From Catajapyx aquilonaris (Eukaryota): a DNA stretch of 56,290 bases. The stretch covers positions 62,001 through 118,290 of the forward strand of contig JYFJ02000635.1 of the NCBI GenBank assembly GCA_000934665.2, written 5' to 3'. Shown here piece after piece: positions 23,793 to 38,500 of this stretch. Below the pieces are notes generated by a model, which saw only the letters and a list, made by a program, of their open reading frames with translations, had not been told where the DNA came from and made no database searches. The number at the start of each line of letters is the position of its first letter. Position 1 is the first letter of the stretch. The position numbers and the translations under genes were made by a program.

Positions 23793-26700
23793 GTGAGTAG
23801 GCGGTGTTTTTTGGGGGGGCGTTGTGAGTGCAAGGTGCCTGTGTTGTAATACGTTGTGTACGTTTGTGGCATTAAATTGATGCAGAATTTAACTATGTAT
23901 TGATATAGGGGCAATGAATTTTATTATACTAGTATGTTGCTCAGTAACAATGGTCATGTTGATAAGGGTTAGTTACCCATTTTGTGGCCAGTACAATGCG
24001 GCTATCCTGAAATTATAAGTCATATACTCTGCAATGTGGGCCTTTTTGGCACTCTTTTCCCATCTGTTGTGGTAAGTCACTCCAGTCTCATCCTCTCACA
24101 TCCAACAGTGATAGCCTTTTCTATATAGGCTGCTGCTTTTGGTTATCCTGAACATACGGGACCTACAGTATACCGTATGCAACATGGTCCACGATGCATA
24201 ATGCTGTTTGAATCGCCCGTTAAATTAAATGGCGCATAAGGTCTGAATTAGTAATTGTATGGATCTACATAATTCTGCTAGCATCATCGTACAATTCCAT
24301 AATATTGCGTGACTCGTCCTTGCCATGATTTTAAAATGGTATTAAAATTTTCTTCAGTGTAAGGCCGTCGGAGTTTATTATTAAATTAGCTAGACTGACA
24401 ATTTTTTAAAAAATTTACAATACGGATGACTTATTTTTTACTTAAGGTACTCTAAAAATAACTCCCTTCCGTTATCTTATTCCAACATCCATGCTATATG
24501 AAAAATATTAATTAAAACACACCTAGATCTATATAAGAACGTTCTCTGCATTAAAACAATCATTATTTTCAAGAATTCTTTGGCGCAGAATTATAAGCCG
24601 GTGCTGGTGTGTGACTTGCGGCATGTGTGCACCGAAGGTTATGTTGCACTCCAGCAGTGCCTCGAATTAAAAGTTGCATAGATTGACTCGCAACGCCCAA
24701 GTGCATCGACTCACGCAACCTTCCACATGCTGGGCAACGGTGCTGCCTCCACACCTCCATCCCCCATCACCCCCAACCGAAAAACCTCATCATTCGGCTC
24801 GTTGACCTTAACTTTCCTCCATTTTTGCACAATCTCCCTTGTGGGGAACAAGTGAAGGTGAATTTTGGCCAGATTTTGACCACTCAACAAATATGATTTT
24901 GATGAAAACGTGACGTCACCCTTGAGGGGGTTGAGGTGATTTCGGCGGGAAAGACCAGTTTTGGGCAAGCAGACAGACTTCTGGATGTACCGTAAGATTG
25001 AGCTCCGGGGATGACAAGGTGACTGCAAATTTCCAGGAAGTAACGCCCTTGATCTCGAAAGGAAGTTGTTTACTTGTTTTCTGCTGTAATAGTTCGAGGG
25101 GGGAAGGGCTGGTATTAAAGAGGGGGTGATGCGTGTGGGAGAATAATGTGAAGGTCGGGTTAATTTGCAAAACAAGTTCTGTACGTTAATCACGGACCTG
25201 CACTATTTTCCATATTTGAGGATGTTTATGACATAATATTGTTCAAGGCGATTACGTATCTGATGTGAATACTGTACGCGGAGGGTTCATTGTAGTTTAT
25301 TACTTGCAAACATGATAGTATATCGTGTCACATCCTGCATTGTGTAAGGCACCTGAACGATTACTATTAGGCTGTGCTTTGTTTGGCTCTCCTCAGGGTA
25401 TAATAAACCTTGCAGGGTGGTCTTCCAATATGCAATTTTTTTATTATTAGTGTTGTACTATATTCATATATTGAATCCAATTTTAGGTGTGAAGTCGAAG
25501 TAACTTAACGTCAGAGTGATTTACATACTGACATGTACCGTTTAGGTGGGCTGTATAAATAGTGGAAGGAGGAAATGAGTTTTTCATAGAACCATGAGGT
25601 GTAACCACTTAAAAGAAAGGCGTGAAAAAGATACGGGTTTTATGCGCCGAGCTTGACTAGCTTTGGCTGCTGTAAGAAAGGGAATAAATCAAATGAGCTA
25701 GATAAAACCAAACTCTTTTCCTACTGTGCTGAGTCTGGAATCATCCTTCTGGACGTTTTATTTCCTGTCAGTACCAGTTTGAGGGTCTCCTTCATTAAAA
25801 ATACGAGGTCGAAGCCATGATTTGTAGCCGACGGGGGGATGCCATCTTGTCACGATCCAATTACCAACCAGGGCAATGCATTATCAATTTTCTTCCAGTC
25901 AAGGGCTACTCCAAATTTATGGGCAATTTTAGGACAAATTTGGCGTTGAAGTGTGAGATTAAAATATATTTTACGAGGGCGTTTTCTAGGGTGCACTGCA
26001 TTGCTAGGGTCAAAATCATGAACACAATACTTCTAGCGGTTTGCTTTGATGGGACCTGAAAACACTCCATCATTCCTTACCTTACCTCCTAATGACTTGG
26101 AAAGTTGGTACACAAAAAGTGACGTTTTGGGTCTAAGCGGGTCCAATCATCATATCAAATAATTCCAAAGTTGTCTCCAATGTTTGTCACGACCACTGAT
26201 TACAGATGTCCTCTGGTTAGGGGCATTCGGAATGTGTTAAATCCGAATGAGAGCACGACCATCCATCACGTTTGCTTTCGAAACCATGCCTGTGGGCGGA
26301 AATCGTGATGCGGTTCGGAAAAAATCTGGAAATTTGGTTTAGATGAAACATATCGGCAATTATCCAGTTTTTCGCTGGTGGTACAGTATGACTTAACCGC
26401 GCACATTGCTTATGACCATCGTTATGTAGCGTTTAGGCGCCATTTATCAAGGTGTGTTGGGTCATTTACCTATCTGCCATCCCCTAATTGCTACCTGCTA
26501 TGCAGGTCAGGGAAGCATAGGTCACTTCGTAGATCCCGTCCGATATGGGTTGACTAATGGACTGCAAGTGACGGTTGATTTTTTTGCATAACGAGGAACG
26601 GGAAGTGAAAATGTCTGCATTTTTCGCTAGGTGGTTTCATTCACTTCTGGGCCAGTTCCGAGCCCGCTTGATGGATGCACTTGGTATTCAATTACGTATG

Positions 26701-29700
26701 CTGATGTTTACACAAAAAAAGGGGGAAATATCAGACTTGAATTGAAAATGTTTACGTCACAATGCAAAAAAAAGTAGCCATATCTGTTGTGACAATTGTG
26801 CTATTCTACGATTGTACGTTAGGATAACTGGATCATTTTTTTTGCTTGAGAACAACGCAAAAAATCAGTTAGATGAATCCCCTCTGGTATTATGATGGGT
26901 GTGTATAGTGAATAGATGCTCCGATGACTTCTATACGTACTGTACTGGTGGACACTCATCTTCGAGGAGCATGACGACCTACTCGAGTCCGTTCATCCCC
27001 ATCAGTGAACCCTGTAGAAGGCGGGCAATTTCCAGGGGCAATTCCGGATTCCTTTACGCCAGCTTGTAAGGATGTCCCTTTTGCTTCCACCCTCCAAGCC
27101 ACACCGCTACCAATGTCAAAGGAGACCCTGTCAAGGCCCTCATGTCAGACCAAACGTGAGCAGGCATGTGATCAACTTCCTAGCATTTCCCTCTTTTTGT
27201 TGTACAGGGTTTTCTTCCTAGGTGCTCATGGGAAAAAGTTTCGTGTCCCATTTGGATGCACTGAGGATCACGTGGCAAAGGTTTGCGAATAATCGGTTGA
27301 TTGCGAAATACCAGACGGGCCGACCCCGTTACCCTGCAGGCCAAGTGAAATTATGCGATAGGGAAATGATTCCTGAACTTGACGGCTGGCCGGCCTAACC
27401 GTACCAGTTCCAAGGACTCACCTTCAAAACATGGCTGCTCCTGCTCTTGCTTCCTAAGGACGAATTATTATCTAATAAGCCAGTTTATGGCCGCCAAATT
27501 GGAAGGTTAATATAGTCATGGTCAAGTTGGAGCATTTTTTAGAGAAAAAGTGGCTAGTGAAAGTCAATCATGAGAAGTTCTGGAGGTTTATACAGTGCTG
27601 ACATCCATCGGAGGTTTGGGAACTTGGCTGGAGATAACTGCCATCTAGTAGTAGTTATTGACAACAAATTCTCGTGATTCTATTATTGTAGCATCTCGGC
27701 TTATATTTCCATAGTTTATGCATTTGTTCGAAAAATTTAGGGCTACAAGGAGCTTCTAATTTTCAGATTGCAATAATACAGTGCTGTCATCTGCTGAATA
27801 AAAGTAAACCAGCCTAACAATGTGCTGCCGCCTTCTGAGGAAAAAAAATAGTCTTAGCCTCCCCATTCTCTACACATAAAACAGCACTTACCCCTTTGAT
27901 TCTGATCTTTGGAAGGTCACATACTCCACCCAGCTGCATATAATCATCAGCACCTTTGTAACCTCGCCAGAAATTCATGACCAGATATGCGCCGGACTCT
28001 GAACTCAAGCATACAAGTGACGGGGAACTGATTACCTTCGCAGGAAAAAAACCCCCTCTAAGCTTAGTCCTCAAGTGTGTAGCTGTGCTGCCACTACTGC
28101 ACGGCCGCTGCTCCAGGTAAAAATTGTCCACACGTCATTTACGGTTGTCCATTGTCTTGTTAACTCTGTGTCAGTTGCCTCCAAGCCTGTCTTACCCGAC
28201 CGGACTCTTAATGGGCATTAATTACCTAAGGCTAATTTTTTGTGGATTCTATTACTATAACTTATAGATTTTTATTACCCTTTCTTATTATACTTTAACA
28301 ACAGGTAATAAGGACACCAACCAATATGGCTGGCTTTTACCCAATATAAGTGCGTGGTCACTTTGTGTTTAATGTTATTAATTTGTGCACTATTAATAAC
28401 AAAGTTGTGGACGATTCTGGTGACCATGAAAGTGGAGGGATGTTGCTATCAAGGAAAGGAATGTTACAGAGAGGGGGGGGGGGGTGATTTATGGGCGAAG
28501 GGTAATTAAGCTCTGTCTGTTGTGTCGTCCTTATCTTATACGGGGAGGGAAAACTTGCCGGATGATGTGCAGAGATGCTACAACATGGTTCCAGATTTCT
28601 CTGTCGGTTTGGAACACTGGGGGGCTTTTCAAATCCGTTCAGGAAATTTGAACACGACTGTACATAGTGTCATTTAATACTTGCAGATCTCTGTTCCTGG
28701 TAAAGTAATCAGAATGACGAGGTCAGCGTAATTTGTGCCTGCTATCTTGAGTCAACATTCCTGTGTGTTGTCGTGTCTTTTTTCCTCCTATTAATACCTA
28801 AGCTTATGCACAATCGCATAGAGACCTACATGCGCTCGTGCATATCGAATCCAAAAAGACTGATGTCTTCATTCGTCAATCTGGAGGTTGGGTGGTTCCA
28901 GCCTTCACACGATATTCAGTGACAGAACGTTTAGTAGTAATTGCGTCACTGTGTGTTTTTTTTGCTTTAGGTTTAGGGAAATCCCTTGCCTTATAGAGCG
29001 ACACGTGGGTGGGTCAGAAGATTGTTTGAAAGCATTAGCAGGCTTTGGTTTTCAAAAAAATTATGTGGTAAGATTTTAAAATAACAGCCCTTAGGGACAA
29101 ATATTTTACCGCTTATTATGCAAAGGAGGATTGTTGCCAGAAGCTCATTGTATAGGCGAGAAACTTATACTATATAGGTCAAAACATCCATTTCTGAGAC
29201 GAGACTTAGAAGTGCGATGTAAGATATCTGAAGTGGTATGTCAAACACGAGGAAATTTGATAATCAGTTTTTATCGCTCTCTTTACATTAATCTCAGAGC
29301 TTTGTATTATTTATTATAATATAGCTCGACTTTCCTTGGTGGCTCTGGCTGTCCCACTTACCGGTGACTTATGACGTAATGAAACTGACTGATAAGCGTA
29401 AATAATAAAGAATTTCACGACCAATGTATTACTAGATTTGGCCATGCTACTTGTATCCTAATTTCCGGCCATTTCGCGCCGCATAACCATGTGACGATGA
29501 GGTTTCACGGGTTATGATGTACACGCGCAAAAAACACATAACTGACGGCTGGAGGAACATTACGCACTGGTGCAGAATACCAGAATACCTCCCACCTAAA
29601 AAAAAAATGTATATTGAATTTCTTCTGCACGAGAAGCGTAGTGGAAAAATTCGACCAGGTGGAAACCTTTTTTTTTCTGCACTCCAAAGGTGGACCTCAC

Positions 29701-32700
29701 CTGCTTCAAATACTCACCTGCTTTCCGGCATCCGCATCAAAAAGAGCGCCTTTTTTCCAGCGGTTTTAAAAGGTAACTCCGTGCGAGTGACAAGATAGTT
29801 CTCAGATGTCACGGATGAGAAGAGGACAAGCCCCTTTGAATCCGTGCACACCATTTTCTCTTTTTTTTCTTTTTTTTTTTGAGAAGGCGTCTCTTCTGGA
29901 AAAGCAGCACGTGTAAGAGATGAGATAAAGTGGGCACCTCCAGATTTGTCCCTTCAAGGACGCCGGGTCAGTCGGTAGGCAGGCAGGCAGCAACCCCAAG
30001 AGGAAGAAAACGGGCGCCATTTACAATGAGAGGAGGGCTTGACAGGAACTGAACAGAGAGGACCTCTAGCTGTGAATTTTTTTAAAAAAAATATTAATTT
30101 ATTTTATTATGGGGGGGAGACCAAAATATTGTCATCACTTAGCTATTGATGAATCAGCCGACATTCCAGAATATTGTATTCCCGGAATGGCAATGAGTGA
30201 CAGACAACTTTCCCCCATGGGTGCCATATGTGCCTTAGTTAAGGGATGTGTGCCAAGGTGAAGCCAAAGAACAGATTAAGGTCGGGCTAACAATTTTAGG
30301 GATGTTATCAATATATTGGGTCCACTCTGGCCAAGACTCGATACCAGATCGAATTTAGGGAGAAAGTTGTGGGGGTATGAATCAGTCGCAGATGATGAAT
30401 AATTGCTTACGTGGCCATAGGGCTAATATTGGGGTTTTCCCATGTGGGTTCAACAGGGTGGTACAAAATTGACGCACTTCCTCACGGATATAAATTCCGA
30501 CATATGTTTTGTGTATGAAATATATATTAATAGAACTGATTCTCCCTAAGCTTGACAGGTAATATTGGAGCGCCTAAAATCGTGAACGTTCCCCCCTAGA
30601 AATTGAGGTGATGGCAAGATCATGGAATCCATATTGCCAGAGAGCCCCCCCATGAATCGTGCATGAAATGGGATGAACAAAGAGCGGGCCGAGAAAAAAA
30701 AGAAAACAATATGTCTGCTTCCGGGATACGTTTAAGGGCGGAGGCTGCTGAGTTGGTCCAGAAATGGCCGCTTGGGAAGGACCAGATAGATACGTGCCCA
30801 CCCTGAGGCAAAGGGGGACCATTTGACTGCCACCCTTCTTAATCCTCACCACTTTCAACATGGCAATTCACGTTTTTTGGTACCCCCTAGCTCTAGTGTG
30901 TATTTTTTTTTCTAGGGCACTACACCCCAATCAATTCGTGATGGGGACGAAGCTAATGTTTCCTCTCTCTTCCAAACAGAACTGCTGTAACAATTCCTTC
31001 TCTGATTTTTCCTCCTGTCGTGAAATGTGAACCGTGAAGGCCCTGCCTATTTTTTTCATGTATGGGCCGCACCTTCTGCATTTCGCAACTATATCGGTTC
31101 GTTTGCCTCAAAAATAACACATGGGTTGGCTAAGGCGATTTGCAAATCACAATGCCACTTATTAATCGACGGCCAGAACGTGACGCCAGATAGCGCTTAA
31201 GCTGTCGCCAGGCTTTAAAAAGGTGGCAAAAAACAGTCCAGCACTTGAGCTGGCCCATAAGCCGAGGTCCTCAACCTTTTGAGTGACCCTCATTAGGGGG
31301 AGGAGTCAATGTCACCAGCTCGTGTCCTTGCAGCCCTATAGGCGCCTATTAGCTGACTTGCAGGCAGGATTGCATTCCCACATATAAGTTACTTCAAGAA
31401 AAAAAAAGGCAAGAAGGGGAGGGGGATACTTGGGCCATACAACAACAACAAAAAAACGTTTTCCAAACATCCAGACCTGTTCCCTTGTTTTTAACGCCTA
31501 GATGGGGACCCATGACAAAAATATGCGAGTTGGTAGAAACGATGCTGCTTTTTGATCCATGGGAACATTCCCACGCACAATGACCTACTGGAATTTCCAG
31601 CCTGCCCTTTTCAGTTGCAGGTTAAGAATCTGGACTGGATAACATGAGCAAAAAAAAGGTGTGCAAGTAGAGCAGTGGAATGTGGCTACAAGTGCGAGTA
31701 ATGTTTCTGGCAAATATTTTTTTTGCGCCACTTTTAATGCACTTAGCTGGAGAGGAATTTCGAATACTATATCTCCCTCTCTTCAAACTGGTTTTCGGTT
31801 GTTTCTTTTCTGGTTCAATTCTTCATGATCAAGAAGGACTGGAGCCGTGAATTTTTCTGACTCATATTTATGCGACATATTATGCGAGAAATGTTTTCCG
31901 GTGTCTAACACGTAAGGGATATGGATTTTATGTACGTGCGTAGAAAATGCAACATTTCCTGGTAGGCTAATCCCATTTATCTCGGGGCTTATCAACAGCT
32001 CCTAGATAGGTGTGCAACACTTTGTGGACATTAATACGGTGCAATCTGGTACGGTAATCTATCGTCCGGGCAACCGTGATGGAGGCTGACTTACCCAAAA
32101 GTCGCCTTGCATGATTGTATTGATTTCATCTGGGGCTTAACTTTGATTTATTGAAACTAAGTAGGCCTACTGTTTGTCACAGAAACTAGGTGTGACATGA
32201 CCTTTGAATAAAAATCTGATGCTAAGGAGCAACTTTCAAGTAATAGTGCAAAGTACAACCAGAACTATTAATTAGCGACCATAATTATAGCGGCATATGG
32301 TTTATAATACCTTATAAAAACTGCCTCAGAATAGGTGTAAGCAAACTCGATCCATATCCTAACTAAAACATCAAATTCAAAATGTGTTTTTTTTTACGTT
32401 ACCCCGTGATAGGGCCATAGGCCCTTATAGGGGGGTGGAATACCACCATTTTTCCTTCAATTTTCTGATTTTTTTCTTCTAACTCCGGTGCAAGGATGAA
32501 AGGACATGAGGTAAGGATATAGGGATTTAAAATGTTAATAGCCATTATTGCCTGACATCATAGGTATTGTTGGAAGATGCGCATTTAGTTCAATTTTTTC
32601 ACGTCCAATAGCAATGAGGCATATTTCACTATCAGTTCTTGTGATTGGATCGCCATCAAAAGGGGGTGGAGTCATCAGTTGCCAAGATTGCCAACTTGAG

Positions 32701-35458
32701 CCAAGGTCACTCAACTTGCGCTATACGCCAACATGAATAAACAAATGCTCCATTATGCACAGGCCGTGTGTATTTTGTGTCATTATCTCCTGTGCTAATA
32801 ATTTTCCGCATACGTGCTACGGTAATTCGCGATGCTACACCTAGATAACTTTTTTTGCGCATCCCGCACCTTAACTCAATTAGCAATGGGAAATAGTGCG
32901 GCTAGGAATGATGGTATCGCGTGCGTAGTACCGGTAGGAAGTGAATCCCTCTCACAACCACAGGTAGTGAGAAGACAAAATAATGCCCTAACTGTATTGC
33001 GGAAAAGGTGGAAGTAGATTATTGACACTCAACATGCGATCTGGGTGTTATGCCAGACATCTTCACCATTTCTGGGATGTGAAGATAGGCTACATTTCAA
33101 CTCCCAGATTCCTGACTTGATGCTGATCACATGTGTGACTAAGGTTTCCAGGAGCTGATTCATATGGATGTATATAAGGCGTACGTGTTGATGGGCATTC
33201 CCTTCCACCTACCAATAGGACGACATTCTGTGAACCCCAGTGCTCTGCAATTCTATCGCCACATCTTGGCACATTCTTTTCCATCCACCTTTTTGTTGCC
33301 TTGTCATCGAACAAAGAGAAAATTCCTATGATTTTTTTTCAACTCTCTCTCCCTCTCCTGTCCTGTTCTGTAAACCAAAAGAATCATTTGATTTCTGCAG
33401 ACAGCCCCAGAAGGCACAAAAAGAGGGAGGGAGAGAGAAAAGTGATGGTCATTGTTATGTAGAAATTCCAGCTGTTGAAATTGTTGTCACGTGCATTTTT
33501 GTCACCTTACTTGATGGGATGACTCGGGAACTTTGTTGTGGTGGAAATAAATGGCATGTACGCCCAGACCTTTTGGCTGGATTGCGTAATTGACAAAAGA
33601 GGAAGTAATAATAATTGTCATTTTCGACCAAGTTTGTGTTGGAAAATGCAATTAGAAAAATGTAATAAGCTTATGCATAATTCAGTGACTACCTACCAAT
33701 ATGTAACATGAATTATTAAAGTTTCAGTAATCTGGTTGATAGAGGTGTACATTGCTTATCAACAAACGTTAATCACTAGTTATCGAATAATGAGCTGTCA
33801 GAAAAATTCAAAGAACCAACAGAAATATCAGAGTGTCAATGGGAAAAATACATTGCTATTTAAAGTAAATTGAGGATGAGGTTTTAAGCGTACATTCCAT
33901 GATGCATACCCTAAATAGAATGTATCATAGTTACAAATATTTCCTACTTTGTCTTCATTAATGTTTTTATAGTGTCAATCCAAAACATTTAGGCATTTAG
34001 GCATTCAAAATGTAAATTATTCAAACTTGCATTATTTAAAACTATGGTAGCATAGTGTGCAATGTATGCCATAACAATGATAACATACTTTGTAACACAA
34101 ACTCTCTGACGAAACAGAAAGTACGTACTTAATCCCCCTGTTACACGTGTATCAGTCAACATTCGCCGTTTCTCCCCCCCCCCCCTCCCCCACCTCCCCA
34201 ATCCTGCTGTCCTCTGAAAAAGAAGGATTATTGAGTCCTGTCAGTTTCACTCGCATAATCCCATTGGAACAGCTTCACCTTTGCGTTCAAAGAGAGCATA
34301 AATTATATGCGACATCGTTGCGAAGGCTGCACATTTCACGGTTTTCAAATAAGACGGATCAAGTGTGAGAGAGTTCCCACTCCCCCCCCCCTCCTCCTCC
34401 TCCTCCTCCCCCGCCTCTTTGACTGATATCTGATATCCTTAGGAGTAGTGCATGGTAATGCCGAGTTGTGTATGTGTAACGTGAACGAACGGACGTGTGC
34501 ATGGTGGGTACCGCCTGTCGGCTTTTACACTGACTGTAAATCCTGACCTCGTGCGCTATAGGAGGTCACAGGGGAAGGGTAATATATGCGGACTCGTGTT
34601 ATTTGCAGCATCCCATCGTGCTAGGCATAAGATTTACATAAGAGAAGCATTTCGATGCACACAGGTGCGCCAATCAGTGTTGAAAAATATTTTTAGGAAC
34701 ATTAAGTTATTCTGTAGAAATAAATATCAAATTTAAATATAGAGGTAATAAAAGTGCTGAAAAAGGAGTGATGCCGGTACAATGTCATTATAACAAAACC
34801 CACATACGATGCTTTAAGCAACAACTACGCCTTTTTACAGTCTCAGTACCTGTAAAAATTATGGTACTATGCCTACAGTATGTTTCAAGTAACATTACGC
34901 TTGCAAACAGCAATTCAAACTGGATGGTTTACTGAGGTGGCACAGGTCTTTGCCTGTGGTCCAAGAAAAATGTCGTAATTTTTTTGTCTCTCCCCGAGTC
35001 GGTCGGTCACATCTGCGAAGTGACATTGCAAGTTTTGGAACCTGCGATTTGGAGGCTGTTTCCTTTTTTATCAGTGTTTTTTATGCTGTTGAGGTTAGGC
35101 GGGTTGGGTGCGTGACAATGCGCTCTCTGCAGTTGGGAGTTTGGCTGCCACTATAGCAGAGGTCGTGGTGGCGGGTTGTTGCCCCTTGCTGGCCACGTGG
35201 ACCTGGTCAGGCTTCTTTTGGAAAGCCCACCCCCCATCTCCCCTTGGGTACACTCCCAACAAGTGCAGAACCAGGCTTAAACACTTCACCATTCATGCGT
35301 GGCGAATAATTACCACCCGCGGCCATGTTTGGTTTCCAATTTCGCCATTTCCGTCATTAGGCTGACTTGTGTGATGCAACTCTGAAATTAAAATGTCTCC
35401 ATTGCTTATTCATGGAGCCCCGCAGATACTGCTGGTCAGGCAATACCTTTTCAGCCCC

Positions 35459-35556
35459 TGACGTCACTGCCTGGCGTCATAATGTGGTTGTCGCGTGGCT
35501 TGGCGTCCCCACGTGACTGTCGGCCATTCTTGGCATCGTCGCGTGGCTTGGCGTCA
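35459..35556. promoter_or_regulatory. CpG-rich CRE/E-box motif cluster with an 18-bp direct repeat
   Basis: TGACGTCA at 35459, TGGCGTCA twice, CACGTG at about 35510, and gtcgcgtggcttggcgtc repeated at 35490 and 35538. Function is inferred. Confidence 0.35.
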
Positions 35557-38500
35557 TATCCCTTGGTCCTCAGCCCACCAAATTTCTCCACACAAGATCA
35601 CTTCCTGCAGGCCATCAATCTCGGTCGCCATGCTGTCATGTAGTGTTCCTTGTAGCACTTAGTCGGAGCCCAGAAAATAAATGAGGAAGTTGGCGGGCTC
35701 CTCAACAGGGGGCTCTTGTAGAGCGCTAATAGGGGCGGAGTCTAATTGTGCGCCTCACGGATTGCATTTTTATAGTAAAAACCGCTTCAATGATGCGGCT
35801 GTGTGGTTGAATGACCTTTGGCCATCTGCTCGTGCCGGTCAGGTGATATCATACCCACATTGGGCACCTACCTACCCTTTTTGCCTGCTAGCAGGACGAT
35901 ATAATGCATACAGTGGATGCTGGGCCAGAAATGCCAGAAATATGATATCAACTGATGCACATTCAAAGTTGTGCAATACAAATAATTAGTGTCAAGATTT
36001 TTCATTAAGTTACATATTATTCCTAACGGAAAGGTTGTTTAGAAAATGATCATATTTGTAAATATTTTAAATGAATAATTTTCTACGAGACGAAATTCAG
36101 GAAGAGCATGGTGTTACACGATGGTTTTTGAGCATCAGTGACCACTAGTGATCCGACAGAGCACATGTGTGGTCGGGATAAGTGACCCGTTGCGTGTGCC
36201 CCATGACTCTGGAGTTCTTCCCAGTAACACAGAAGTATGAGGCAGGTGGGGCATGGCCCCGGGTGAGGAAGCCATTACTCCGGCGCAAGTCCAGGCGCAA
36301 ATTATCCTCACGCGCGTTGTCTCCGGTAGCAAGCTGCCAACCTGATGGGATAATGAGACCAGCTCGACCGTCATCTACTGCACATACATATACAAGGCAT
36401 GCATTCCAGCAGAAAAATTCATTAGCGCTGCCTGGACGCCAGGTAATTTGCACCTGAGAGGGTCTGGTGCCGTTGTCTGGGGGTCTGAGATTGTTTTACG
36501 GCCATATTGTTTACAGTTCAGAAAAGTCGGTGTCACATAGGAGGTGGTCCCCAGAGCTGACTTGTCGTAATGAAGCCGCTTGTTAGCCTGGTTTATGGGA
36601 CTTTCGGATCCATATATACGGGAGGGGCTGCACACAGATTATCACTTCTTTTTGCCTTTGGTAACACGGAAGAATGTAAATGGACTGCGTGGACATATTG
36701 TCGTCCTATGTAATGTTATACAACGTAGTTGAGTAATATAACCCCACCCTGATCCTGGTCAAGACAGGAAACAATGGGAGTTTGGACTTTGTCAACTATC
36801 AGTTCCTATAAGTGTATTTCAGATATTTTGCAATGTAACATTGCCCAACGACTGAGACATTTAGATCATCAAGGTTTCATAAAATCACAAGACACGAGTA
36901 GGCATGAATCTCCGTACGGGTACTGTGCACGTACCCATTTGTAACCCAGCCAAAGGGATCTTCGAGAAAGCGGCTCCGATATCCTTCTTGGCAAGTGTCT
37001 GAAGAGAGGGTTCACCTCCTATGGAGCAGGGTCGGTGGGGGAAAATTATTTCCAGCACGATCCAATTAATCTCCCGGATTGTGGTCCCGTATAAACGCAT
37101 GCAGGTGACGCTGAGGCTCGTCCATAAGCGATTTAGCTCGCTCCCCGGCTACATTCGTCACTTTCCGTGAAAGCACCAGATGGATTACCCGTCCAGAAGG
37201 GTGACAGAATGGCATCGACCTCTTTTAGTCCTGTCGAGCCGGGGTCATCGGAGGTCATTTCTATGTTCCAGATCATACCTGAATAGAATGTGGCCTTCCT
37301 GATTGGGCAGGAGTAGCGACCTTGCCTGGAATGTGGCCTTCCTTTCCCATGCCTTTATTACAGATGAAAATGTAGTGTCTTCCATATTTCTTATTCTGCC
37401 AGGGAACTTTTAAACATATATTAATAAAATAATATCTGTGCTTGTTTATGATTACTAAAGTGCTCCAGAACAAACGTCTGCTGTCACTTCATAATGGGCT
37501 GCAAGAACGTGATACACAATCATAGTTTTAGGCTCGTATTTAGATTCTTATCTATTTTGTCGACATGGTACTCGCGTCCGTGTCGGTGTAAATGTCGCGT
37601 ATGCTCGTGAATCACGTTGGACCTCCTGATTGCAAGGGAAGGGAGGTGCGTGAGGGGGACCAGAAGTATCATCTGGATTCAGAAGCGCCACCGATACGGA
37701 TGTTATCAGGAGATCATGAGAGTGGATGTACACTGGGTGAATCAAAAGTCATTCCAAATTGTCGCTATATGAAAAGTTATAAAAATCGTATCACTTGGGA
37801 GACAAAACTGTGCCTATCTGTACAAGTCCTTGCCTATAACCGTATAAATGGTGGTGGGCGTCCTGTAATCCATAAACAATGTAGCCACCCTGTCGGAATG
37901 TGTCGAAGGCGCGCAGTTCAAGGTACACAGTTGTAAAAAAAAAAATTAATCCGGTAAGAAAAAAGCAGATATAACTGCAATGTTATGCGGTGTGTAGGAT
38001 GGGTAGCCAGTTTCTAGCCTTGTTGTTGGCTGTTAATCCTGCTGCATGGTATGCATTCACGGCAAGTAGATCTCTGTGGGTGTACGGCCAACAGCGTGGG
38101 CTGACGGGAAGTCCGTCTGGTATTGCCGCTTTCGCATTTGCCATACGCGGTGTCGGCAAGAATAGCGTGTAAAGATGGCGTTTGTCATTAGTTCGATTTC
38201 GATCAGTTTTGCTCAAATTGTCACTCTTTGGATTTAGAGCATTTACTAGTACAATTCTGAAACACACGGTATATTCTTATAAGGTGGGTCCTATAACCTG
38301 ATCACTACACTTAATAGTGCCAGTACTGAGTCACTTGGGAAAAATGTAACGATATTATTGGCCCTCTGTGTGTACATGAGAATATTAGCTGAAACTAATA
38401 AACCTGATGATAGCAGGGTTTCACACTTAAAATTGGTACAAAAAAATCACACTTGGTCTGCCCTAACGTCACCTTCTCGGTTATAAAGGCCAATAAAACT

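Noticed and set aside
24711..25193. 160-aa minus-strand ORF
   Set aside because: GTG start, Ser/Pro/Leu/Arg-rich composition typical of random frames, no motif.
32802..33006. Degenerate inverted matches (ttttccgca..tgcggaaaa)
   Set aside because: Too fragmentary to define arms or a TSD by eye.
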